64,000 nucleotides of DNA from Acidobacteria bacterium OLB17 (GTDB lineage Bacteria; Acidobacteriota; Blastocatellia; Pyrinomonadales; Pyrinomonadaceae), in NCBI GenBank assembly GCA_001567505.1, contig LLEU01000059.1, positions 35,274 through 99,273 on the forward strand. The letters are read 5' to 3'. The stretch's first letter is position 1; each line of letters begins with the position of its first letter. This document shows positions 19,227-28,707 of this stretch, in pieces. The notes below the pieces were generated by a model. The model was not told the origin of the DNA. It was given only the letters and a program-made list of their open reading frames with translations, and made no database searches. Both the position numbers and the translations under genes were made by a program.

Positions 19227-19862
19227 ATGAGCAAAGACCTGACAAATTCGGCAATAGATCGCCAGAATGTCCTTAATAATCCTTACGCCCTGCAAGAAAT
19301 AGAAAAGGCCGCTGGAATAAAGGCGATCCCCTTTGAAGGCAAGACTGTCGTGCTCAAAGAACAAATAGCGGCATTCTTTGAAGTAACTCCACGCACCATT
19401 GACAACTATATTGAGAAAAATGGAGATGAATTACGGAAAAACGGCTATGAGGTGCTTCGCGGGAAACGCTTGAAAGACTTGAAGTTAGCAGTAACTGATG
19501 TTTTTGGTAACGAAACAGATTTCATTACCAAAACAACTGTGCTTGGAATATTCGATTTCAAGGCTTTTTTGAACCTCGCAATGTTAATGTCCGAGAGCGA
19601 GCGTGCAGCCCTGCTTAGACAGGCCATTCTGGACATCGTGATCGATACGATCAATGCAAAGACAGGCGGAAAGACCAAATATATCAACCAACGCGACGAG
19701 CAATTTATTCACTCTGCCTTCGCGGAGGAGAATTATCGCCGAAAGTTTACCGATGCCCTACGGGACTGTGTGGACATGGGGAATTTCAAATATGCACTCT
19801 ACACAGAGGATTTCGACAATGAGGAATTGAAACTCAAGTACCTCCAGGCGATCGTTGTCTAG
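19227..19862 (+). CDS. RhuM/ORF6N-like putative DNA-binding protein embedded between mod and res
   Basis: The protein is 211 aa. The pattern IPFEGKTVVLKEQIAAFFEVTPRTIDNYIEKNGDEL...GYEVLRGKRLKDLK resembles ORF6N/RhuM N-terminal HTH regions. It ends 3 nt before the res ATG. Confidence 0.4.
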   Translation: MSKDLTNSAIDRQNVLNNPYALQEIEKAAGIKAIPFEGKTVVLKEQIAAFFEVTPRTIDNYIEKNGDELRKNGYEVLRGKRLKDLKLAVTDVFGNETDFITKTTVLGIFDFKAFLNLAMLMSESERAALLRQAILDIVIDTINAKTGGKTKYINQRDEQFIHSAFAEENYRRKFTDALRDCVDMGNFKYALYTEDFDNEELKLKYLQAIVV

Positions 19863-19865
19863 TTT

Positions 19866-22800
19866 ATGAAGCTCAAATTCAAGATCCAAGAATACCAAAC
19901 CGACGCCGTCAATGCGGTCGTGGACTGCTTTGCGGGCCAACCAAAAACCGAAGGCGTAAGGTATCGCGTCGATCCCGGCCGTTCGATGGAAGCACACACT
20001 CTTCTTGCCGCACTGCCCGAGGAAGAGATAGCCGGTTTTGCAAACGAGGACCTTCGCATAAGTCCGTATCGTGTCCTCCAGAATGTGCAGGAGATTCAAC
20101 GCCGACAGAATCTTCCTGTTTCGACCAATCTCGTTAATGACACTAAAACCGGATGTGCCTTCAACCTCGACATCGAGATGGAAACCGGCACCGGGAAGAC
20201 GTATTGCTACATCAAGACGATGTTCGAGCTAAACCGTCAGTACGGCTGGAGCAAATTCATTGTCGTCGTGCCAAGCATCGCGATCCGCGAAGGTGTGCAC
20301 AAATCCTTCGAGGTGATGAAAGAGCACTTCCTCGAAGAGTACGGCAAGCAAGCCCGGTTCTTTATCTACAATTCAAAACAACTTCACAACCTCGAAAGTT
20401 TCTCGTCTGACGCCGGGATCAATGTGATGATAATCAACGTACAGGCGTTCAACGCAACCGGCAAGGACGCCCGTCGGATATACGAAGAACTCGACGATTT
20501 CCAATCACGAAGGCCGATAGATGTCATCAAAGCAAACCGACCGATCCTTATCCTTGACGAACCGCAGAAAATGAGCGGTGACGCGACAATGAAGTCGCTG
20601 AAGGAGTTCAAGGCCCTGGCGATGCTGCGTTACTCCGCCACGCACAATCAGACCTACAACAAGATATATCGTCTCGATGCACTCGATGCGTACAATCAGA
20701 AGCTTGTAAAGAAGATCGCCGTACGCGGTATCTCAGTCAAAGGCCTACGGGGCACGAAGGCGTATTTGTACCTCGCCGGGATCGATATCTCCGCAAGCAA
20801 GCCTCCGGTCGCGAGGCTAGAGTTTGAGGTCAAACAGAAAAGCGGCAACATAAAAACGCCAAACGGCAAAGGTTGCCAAGGGCTATGACCTTCATCAGCA
20901 TTCGGGCCTTGATCAATACGATGGATTTGTTGTTTCCGAGATTGACGCCCGGACCAACACCGTGTCGTTCACAAACGGTAAGGAAGTCTCGGTTGGCGAG
21001 ATCGCGAATGACCAAAGCGAAGCATCGCTCAGGCGCATACAGATCCGCGAAGCGATCCGAGCTCATTTTGAGAAGGAGCAAGCACTGTTCCCGCAAGGCA
21101 TCAAGGTCCTTTCGCTCTTCTTCATCGACACCGTCGCGAAATACCGCCTTTACGATGAGAATGGCGAGGTTGGCGGCGAGTATGCGAAGGTGTTCGAAGA
21201 GGAATACGCCGCGATCAGCGCCGAGTTTCGAACGCTGCTCGACGACCGATATACCAAATACATTGATGAGATACCGCCCGGCAAGACGCACAACGGTTAT
21301 TTCTCGATCGACAAGAAAAGCAAGCGAATGGTCGACCCCACGGTCGCTGGACGCGGCGAGACAAAAGGCGAGACAGACGACGTTGACGCCTACGATCTCA
21401 TCCTCAAGGACAAAGAACGTCTCCTTTCGTTCGAAGAACCGACCAGGTTTATCTTTTCTCACTCAGCGCTTCGCGAAGGCTGGGACAACCCTAACGTATT
21501 CGTCATCGGAACCTTAAAGCACAGCGACAATACGATCTCGCGACGACAAGAGGTCGGGCGGGGAATGCGCCTCGCGGTAAACCAGAATGGCGAACGCATC
21601 GATGATCCCACGATCGTCCACGATGTGAATGTCTTGACAGTGGTCGCCAGCGAAAGCTATCACGATTTCGTCGAAGGCCTACAGAGGGACATCCGCGAAT
21701 CGCTTTCCGAGAGACCAAAGGTTGCCGACAAAGCCTACTTCAAGAACAAGATTCTCCGCACCGCAGCTGGCGATGTTGTAATGACCGATGCGATGGCCGG
21801 CCACCTCGAGTTCTACCTGATCCAGAACGGGTACGTGGATGTTGATCGAAAGATCACGGAGGAATATCACCATGCGAGGGAGTCCGATACCCTCGCCGAG
21901 CTCCCCTCACAACTTGCGGAATACAAGGAGCAAGTTATCAAGCTGGTCGACAGCGTATTCTCAGAGTCACAGATGCCGTCGATCGAGAACGATCTCACAT
22001 TAAAGGTGAATCCGCTCAACGCGAACTTTGAGAAAAAGGAGTTCAAGGAGCTTTGGAGCCGGATAAACAGGAAAGCGGCTTACACGGTCGATTTTGATTC
22101 GGCCGAGCTTGTGGATAAGGCGGTCAAATGCCTTGACCGTGAACTTCGGGTCATGCAGCTTCAGTATGTAGTACAACGCGGGCAGCAAGGGAATTCGACT
22201 ACGATCGAAGACCTCCGATCGGGCGACGGTTTTGAGCTCCAGGAAACCGCCATACTGTCCGAGAAGGTCTCCGTTCATTCCGATGTTAAATACGATCTAA
22301 TCGGCAAGGTTACGACCGGTACGCAGTTGACGAGGAAAACTGTAGCGGCCATCCTCACCGGCATCAATAACGCGACATTTAGCCAGTTCAGAGTAAATCC
22401 GGAGGACTTTATTTCGGGCGCGATCAAGCTTATTAACGAGCAGAAAGCGACCGTGATCGTAGAACACCTGGCTTACAACCCTTTGAACGATGAGCATGGC
22501 GTGGAGATATTTACGCAGGACAAGGCCAAGCACGATCTCAGTAGGGCGGGCGATCCGCTGAAACGACATGTTTACGATTACGTCTTCACCGACTCAACGG
22601 TCGAACGCGAATTCGTTAAAGAACTCGACACTAGCGAGGAGGTGGTCGTTTACGCGAAACTGCCTAAAGGGTTCTCGATCCCAACACCGGTCGGCAACTA
22701 CAACCCTGATTGGGCGATCTCATTCAAGGAAGGGGCCGTAAAGCACATTTATTTCGTTGCTGAGACCAAAGGCTCGCTATCATCTATGCAACTCCGCGAG

Positions 22801-22914
22801 ATCGAAAGATCGAAGATCGAATGCGCGAGAAAGTTTTTTGCGAAGATCACCTCCGACCAGGTCAAGTACGATGTGATCGATAACTATAGCCAGCTGATGC
22901 AGGTGGTGAAATAG
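19866..22914 (+). CDS. res: Type III restriction enzyme Res-like helicase-nuclease, split as sequenced by a +1 frameshift at A5 run 20852-20856
   Basis: ORFs 19866-20888 and 20962-22914 are two halves of one protein. Motif I is ETGTGKT (20187-20201) and motif II is DEPQ (20556-20567). The C-terminal PD...ExK is NPDWAI...VAETKG (22705-22770). The reading continues ...GNIK|[17 protein letters not shown]... if one A is removed. Confidence 0.85.
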
Positions 22915-23242
22915 TTGAGATTGGAAAGAGCGGTATGACTGGCAAGCAAAGGCAAGAGATCACGGTTATCAGGAACCGTGAGTTGGTTGACCGCGACTCC
23001 ACGATCATTGGGTCCGACCAGGCTCTGAAGCTAAAGAAGGATAACGCTACCAAGAGTACTGAGGCTAAAGCGAACCAGGGTCTTCGGCTGTGGAGCAAAG
23101 AACCAGAACTTATTTACTCGTCAGGAAAAGGGCCCATGCGTCGGTTCACACAAAGCGTTGAATTTCGGCGAAACCTGACTTGATGACAGATTCATAGCTT
23201 GATGAGACTCAATAGAAGGTACGTCACATTCTACGTCACAAT

Positions 23243-23268
23243 ACAAAAACGGGCACCGATCGGTGCCC
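23243..23268 (-). terminator. Rho-independent terminator downstream of tRNA-Asn
   Basis: A perfect palindrome gggcaccgatcggtgccc (23251-23268) is followed on the minus strand by gtttttgt. Confidence 0.6.
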
Positions 23269-23283
23269 GCCTTTGCTTAGAAT

Positions 23284-23358
<75 letters not shown>

Positions 23359-23368
23359 ATGACTGTTG

Positions 23369-23462
23369 TGCCTCAATAGGAGGCTAAAATCGTTCGCCTT
23401 CGTGAGGCTGGAACTTATTTCAAAAGCAGCTTACAAACTGCATTTGCCTCAATGAGGCTAAA
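23369..23462. repeat. Three copies of a short GCCTC-N3-5-GAGGC hairpin motif upstream of tRNA-Asn
   Basis: The copies are tgcctcaataggaggctaaa (23369-23388), cgccttcgtgaggctgga (23395-23413) and tgcctcaatgaggctaaac (23444-23462). Confidence 0.45.
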
Positions 23463-23660
23463 CTTGCTTGCCCACGCTAGGTGTCAACTGCTTGCGTTAA
23501 GGGATAAAGCTGAACGCAGCAGGCCCTGTTGAGGGCGAACCTCAAGATTAGGAATTTCGCGAAAAGTTGTCAAGCTTTGGCGGGCCTTTGGGACCCGTGA
23601 AGCAAATTTTGCAAGCCGACGGGAAAGATATAGAATCCTGCGCTCGAGAGGGCCGATACA

Positions 23661-24089
23661 ATGGCGAAAATCGAGCTTAAGACAAAGAAAATAGAGGCGA
23701 GCGTTCCGGCCTTCATTGCGTCGATCGAGAATGCCGACCGGCGCGCTGACGGAAAGCGACTGGTCGAGCTGTACGAACGTGCGACCGGCGAGGAGCCGAA
23801 AATGTGGGGTCCGGCGATCGTCGGTTTTGGCGACCTTCGATACAAATACCCTGACGGCCGGGAGATCGACTGGATGATCACGGGTTTTTCGCCGCGAAAA
23901 CAGAACCTCTCGCTTTATGTTGTCTGCGGTTCGCCAAAGCAGCCGAAACTGCTTGCGAAGCTCGGCAAACATTCGACGAGCGTCAGCTGCCTTTACATCA
24001 AGCGTCTTGCGGATGTGGATGAAAAGGTGCTTGAGGCCGTGATCGCGGATGCGTACAAGCACATAAAGAAAGTCGGCAGCTGCTTTTAG
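23661..24089 (+). CDS. DUF1801 (YdhG-like) domain protein
   Basis: The protein is 142 aa, with the blocks VPAFIASIENADRRADGKRLVELYERATGEEPKMWGPAIVGFG and LSLYV...CLYIKRLADVD typical of DUF1801. Confidence 0.6.
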   Translation: MAKIELKTKKIEASVPAFIASIENADRRADGKRLVELYERATGEEPKMWGPAIVGFGDLRYKYPDGREIDWMITGFSPRKQNLSLYVVCGSPKQPKLLAKLGKHSTSVSCLYIKRLADVDEKVLEAVIADAYKHIKKVGSCF

Positions 24090-24179
24090 ACGGCCTCCGA
24101 TACGGCGACGGCCGGCCGATTTCCAATGCGATGATCGCTCACGTATAATCGCTTCTTTATTTTAGAAGAGGCCGGTCCA

Positions 24180-25726
24180 TTGCAGCACGAACTGATCACA
24201 ATCCTTGATTTCGGCTCTCAATACACACAGCTGATCGCGCGGCGAATTCGCGAGCTCGGTGTATATTGCGAGATCCTTCCGTTTCACACACCTGTCGAAA
24301 AGATCCTCGAGCGGCGGCCGAAGGGCGTGATCCTTTCGGGCGGGCCGTCGAGCGTGACCGAAGATGACGCGCCGCGTGTTGAGGGCAAATTTTTACGATG
24401 CGATCGACGCTCCGATACTCGGGATCTGTTACGGGATGCAGCTCATCGCCGTGGATCTCGGCGGAAAAAGCGAACCTGCCGCACGCCGCGAGTACGGGCA
24501 TGCGAAACTCAAGGTGCTGAGCGATTCGACGCCGCTTTTTGCAGGATTGCCAAGCGAATTGGACGTTTTGGATGAGCCACGGCGATCACGTTACGCAGAT
24601 GCCGCAAGGGTTCGTTTCGACGGCAACTACGGGCGACGTGATCACGGCGATCGAGAACGAGGATCGCCGAATGTTCGCCGTGCAGTTCCACCCTGAGGTC
24701 GCGCACACGCCGGCGGGAAGCGAGATCCTGCGAAATTTTGTCTTCAACATTTGCGGCTGCAAGGGCGATTGGACGGCGTCGAGTTTCATCGCGGATGAGA
24801 TCGCGAAGATCCGCGAGACGGTCGGCGATAAGGACACGGTCATCTGCGGGCTTTCGGGCGGCGTGGATTCGACCGTTGCGGCGATGCTCGTACACGAGGC
24901 GATCGGCGAAAGGCAGCGCTGCATCTTCGTGAACAACGGACTCTTGCGTGCGAATGAATTTGAGGACACGCTTCGGCTTTATCGCGACACAATGAAGCTG
25001 AATGTGACCGGCGTCGATGCTTCTGCTGAATTTTACGCGGACCTCGCTGGCGTGAGTGATCCGGAAAAGAAGCGAAAGGCGATCGGGGCTCGGTTTATCA
25101 GGGTCTTTGAGGATGCCGCCAAGACGGGTGAAAAGGCGAAATGGCTCGTGCAGGGAACGCTTTATCCCGACGTGATCGAGTCCGTCAGCCTTCGCGGTGC
25201 ATCCGTTACGATCAAGACGCACCACAACGTCGGCGGCCTGCCCGAGAAGATGGACCTGAAGCTCATCGAGCCGCTCCGCGAGCTTTTTAAGGACGAGGTT
25301 CGCCTCATTGGACGCGACCTGAAAGTGCCCGACGAGATCCTTCGGCGGCATCCATTCCCCGGCCCGGGACTTGCCGTGCGGATACTCGGCGAAGTTACGC
25401 CCGAGAAGGTTGCGATCCTACAAAAGGCCGACCGCATTTTCATCGAAGAGCTGAAAGACTCGGGCCTTTATGACGAAGTGTGGCAGGCGTTCGCCGTGTT
25501 GCTGCCCGTGCAGTCGGTCGGCGTAATGGGCGATTTCCGCACGTATGAGCAAGCCGCCGCCCTTCGGGCCGTTACGAGCACCGACGGAATGACCGCCGAT
25601 TGGGCACGCCTTCCGCACGATTTCCTCGCCCGCGTTTCCTCTCGAATTACGAGCGAAGTACGCGGCATCAACCGCATTGTTTACGACATTTCGTCAAAAC
25701 CGCCCGGAACGATCGAGTGGGAGTAG
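24180..25726 (+). CDS. guaA: GMP synthase (glutamine-hydrolysing), with two +1 frameshifts as sequenced (T5 24390-24394 and T4 24566-24569)
   Basis: Three consecutive frames carry [18 protein letters not shown], then [11 protein letters not shown], then [12 protein letters not shown]...SGGVDSTV...IEWE. Removing one T at each site restores [19 protein letters not shown] and ELDVWMSHGDH. Confidence 0.9.
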
Positions 25727-25750
25727 CGTTCTTCTTTCGAGTTTTTGCGG

Positions 25751-26578
25751 CTATTTCGCACGAGTGACCGAGAACGACTTGCCGTCGGCTCGATAGAACG
25801 TTCCCGAGCTGAACGTTTCGTCGTCGAAAGAAAAGCTGTTGACGCCGCCGTCCTTTGTGTCAGCATTGAAGGCGAGAGCGTCGAGCGTCGGTTTGAAGAT
25901 CTCGACGCCGCTGCCTTTTGCCCAGCGCACCTCGTAATTCGCCCCGACCTTCTTCACCGTGCAGCTCGTTGTTCCGACTTGGTATTTTCCGGCAAAGCCG
26001 CTCTCGGCCGTGTCCGGTTTTGAGGCATAGGTCTCTTTGAGCCAGCCCATTAGGCTGCCGCTCTGGCCGTAGACAATGTTGTCGATCTTCCAGGATTCGG
26101 GCCCGGCCGACATTTCGAACTTGATCGACTTCGGCTCACCGAAGTTCGTGAAGGAGACCGTGACGGTCGCTTTTTTGCCGTCGATGTCGCCCTTCCCGAT
26201 CTTGAGGTCCTTGATCTCAAGATCCTGCCCGTCGTAGAGCGGATCACCGTCGATCGCGCCGACATCGCTCGTGTGTGTGGTCGCGTCCTTCCAGATAAGG
26301 TCGGCGAGCGGCTTGCTGAAGAATTTATCTACCAAGGCGCGGTCCTTTGACTGAAAGAACGGGCTCTTCTGCGCGTCGTGCGCCTTGTAGAGGGCCTGAA
26401 TGACGGTTTCAGGAGCCGGAATATCGACCTTCCCGACGCCGGCCATAGGGGTTCCGGTCGGTTCGGCACTCACCGCGTTCGCAGCGGCGGTGGTGTTGAC
26501 ATTCACGGGTTTGCCGGTAATACATCCGGCGGCCGAGAGGATCAGGGTGATGATGGCAGTTGCGAATATCGTCTTCAT
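25751..26578 (-). CDS. Lipoprotein, DUF3828-like
   Basis: The start MKTIFATAIITLILSAAGC at 26578 carries a lipobox. The block ALYKAHDAQKSPFFQSKDRALVDKFFSKPLADLIWKD resembles DUF3828. Confidence 0.5.
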   Translation of the reverse strand: MKTIFATAIITLILSAAGCITGKPVNVNTTAAANAVSAEPTGTPMAGVGKVDIPAPETVIQALYKAHDAQKSPFFQSKDRALVDKFFSKPLADLIWKDATTHTSDVGAIDGDPLYDGQDLEIKDLKIGKGDIDGKKATVTVSFTNFGEPKSIKFEMSAGPESWKIDNIVYGQSGSLMGWLKETYASKPDTAESGFAGKYQVGTTSCTVKKVGANYEVRWAKGSGVEIFKPTLDALAFNADTKDGGVNSFSFDDETFSSGTFYRADGKSFSVTRAK

Positions 26579-26711
26579 AAAGCTCAATCGTATCGGGCAA
26601 AAATGCGGCGCCGATCGTCTCACTAGAACGGACGCAGCGTCGACAATTTGCAATAATTGAAACATATCTCTGCTGAAATGAGTAAAAGACAGAAAATAAT
26701 GAGGTGAAATT

Positions 26712-28484
26712 ATGCTTAAAAGCAGGGTTCGACTTATCGTCCCCTTACTATTCGTTCTGCTTTCGTCCGCTGCCTACGGCCAAAAGGGACTGAAGCTCGA
26801 TTACACGGTCACTCTCTCTGATCCGGCAACTCGGGAATTCCACATCACGACGGACATCGCGAACATCAACCAGCCGGAACTCCGCCTAAGTCTCCCGACA
26901 TGGACGCCCGGTTGGTACACGGTCGAGAATTACTACAAGAACGTCCTGCGTTTTCGGATCACGGATGCGAACGGCCGCGTCCTGCCGATGCGTATGGTCA
27001 AAAAACAGACCTGGTCGATCAACACGAAAGGCATTAAGCAGATCCGTGTTGATTACGATTATCGTGCGACGGTGCTTGCCCTGAACCAGGCGAAGATCGC
27101 GGATGACTTTGCGTTCTTTACGGGGATCGAACTTTTCCTCGAAGCCGAAGGCCATCGCAACACGCCTGCGAATGTTCATTTCAAGATCCCGGCCGGCTGG
27201 AACCTAATTTCTGCGTTGCGTGAGACGTCCGACCCGATGACCTTCGTCGCGGACAATTATGATGTTCTGGTTGACGCGCCGACCGAAATGGGCAAATTCG
27301 ACCTTGTGAAATATGAGGTCGAGGGCAAGCCGCATTATTTTGTTGCGACGCCCGCCGGGACGTTCAGCCAGGAAAAGGCACAGAAGTTCACCGAAATGCT
27401 CTCGAAGGTCGCGCAAGCAGACAGTAAGATGTTCGGAGGCCTGCCGTACGAGAAATACATTTCGTTCTATTTCTTTATGCCGCCGGAATCCAATGCAAGC
27501 GGTGCTCTCGAACATTTGAACTCGTTCGTCGCATTCGCACCTGCCGGGAACGTGGCAACGCCCGAGATGATCATCGGAACTGCGGCCCACGAGTATTTCC
27601 ATCTCTGGAACGTAAAGCGGATCCGTCCCGCGGAGATGTGGCCTTACAACTACGCGGTCGAGAACGAGACGCCGCTTCTATGGGTGTCGGAGGGTTTCAC
27701 GAACTATTACGGTGTCGTGTCGCGATATCGGGGCGGGCTTTCGACGGTCGAGAGTTTCCTGAATTCTGCAGCGTCTGCCGCGGCCGGTGTTGAGAGCAAT
27801 GAGGTTCGCAAGTACGTCTCGCCGGCGAATGCTTCGGTCTCGACTTGGGCAGGTTATGACACGCCGGTCGCCTTCGGCATCTCGTATTACACGCAGGGGC
27901 AGAATCTCGGCGCGCTTCTCGATCTTTCGATCCGTAACGATTCGGACGGACGTTACAGCCTCGACGATGTGATGCGGACCCTCTTTAACGATTTCTACAA
28001 GAAAGGCCGCGGATTTACGACCGAGGATATGATCTCGATCGTCAACAAACTTACAAAGAAGGACTATCATCCCTTCTACGAAAAGTACGTTTGGGGAACC
28101 GATGTGCCGAATTATGACGAGATCTTCGGTTACGCGGGCTATCGGCTTAACAAAACGATGGAGAAAGTGGCCGATCTTGGCTTCGGCGGCAGATTTCGCA
28201 ACGGCGGCCTTTTGATCAGCACGCTTGCAGAGGGAAGTGCGGCAAAGGCTGCGGGTTTTGCAAAGGGAGATATCGTCGAAAAGATCAACGGACAGCCGAT
28301 CTCGTTCGGTTCGCTTCGGGACCTTGCGGGCAAGGAGACCGAATTCACCGTCAAGCGCGACGGCGCGGAACAGACGATCAAGATGGTCGTCGGGACCCGC
28401 GACCAGGAGCGTTACGAACTTGTTAGCCTTCCGACGCTGACGGCCAAGCAGCAGAAGATCCGCGACGGCTGGCTCGCAAGGTAG
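26712..28484 (+). CDS. M61 family glycyl aminopeptidase with a C-terminal PDZ domain
   Basis: It has a signal peptide, the zinc motif HEYFHLWNVKR, and a PDZ-like C-terminus (GSAAKAAGFAKGDIVEKINGQPI). Confidence 0.75.
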   Translation: MLKSRVRLIVPLLFVLLSSAAYGQKGLKLDYTVTLSDPATREFHITTDIANINQPELRLSLPTWTPGWYTVENYYKNVLRFRITDANGRVLPMRMVKKQTWSINTKGIKQIRVDYDYRATVLALNQAKIADDFAFFTGIELFLEAEGHRNTPANVHFKIPAGWNLISALRETSDPMTFVADNYDVLVDAPTEMGKFDLVKYEVEGKPHYFVATPAGTFSQEKAQKFTEMLSKVAQADSKMFGGLPYEKYISFYFFMPPESNASGALEHLNSFVAFAPAGNVATPEMIIGTAAHEYFHLWNVKRIRPAEMWPYNYAVENETPLLWVSEGFTNYYGVVSRYRGGLSTVESFLNSAASAAAGVESNEVRKYVSPANASVSTWAGYDTPVAFGISYYTQGQNLGALLDLSIRNDSDGRYSLDDVMRTLFNDFYKKGRGFTTEDMISIVNKLTKKDYHPFYEKYVWGTDVPNYDEIFGYAGYRLNKTMEKVADLGFGGRFRNGGLLISTLAEGSAAKAAGFAKGDIVEKINGQPISFGSLRDLAGKETEFTVKRDGAEQTIKMVVGTRDQERYELVSLPTLTAKQQKIRDGWLAR

Positions 28485-28508
28485 CACTTCCCGGTATCTT
28501 TGCGTTTG

Positions 28509-28552
28509 ATGCCCTCTCAAGCGGCAGTTTCTGCCCTTGAGAGGGCATTTTT
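28509..28552 (+). terminator. Rho-independent terminator after the M61 peptidase gene
   Basis: Stem gccctctcaag (28511-28521) pairs with cttgagagggc (28536-28546) and is followed by atttttc. Confidence 0.65.
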
Positions 28553-28707
28553 CTCGTCCAATGGGGCCAGGCCCTCTGTAACCACCAAAAGACGGGCAAA
28601 GAGCGCGGCTTGTTTCCTTGACCCTTAAATTAGGCGCGTGTTAGTCTTAAACCTTTTGAGTACACGGCGCTTTTCTGCTGTTTGCAGGCCGTGGGAAACA
28701 CGCTTAT

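Noticed and set aside
20852-20856. Phase-variable on/off switching of res through the A5 tract, or programmed or transcriptional slippage rescuing the frameshifts.
   Set aside because: Runs of 4-8 nt are shorter than tracts known to slip efficiently. The identical +1 signature in guaA, aspS, cdsA and others points to sequencing error rather than regulation.
22935-23183. An 82-aa ORF between res and tRNA-Asn as a sixth gene of the defence operon.
   Set aside because: It has no convincing SD, a hydrophilic low-information sequence and no motif. The overlapping minus-strand ORF 22862-23098 is equally unconvincing. I cannot support either from sequence alone.
28614-28650. A sigma70 promoter for the atp block (TTGACC ... 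TTAGTC).
   Set aside because: The -35 element is good, but the -10 candidate is poor (TTAGTC), so I did not list it as a feature.
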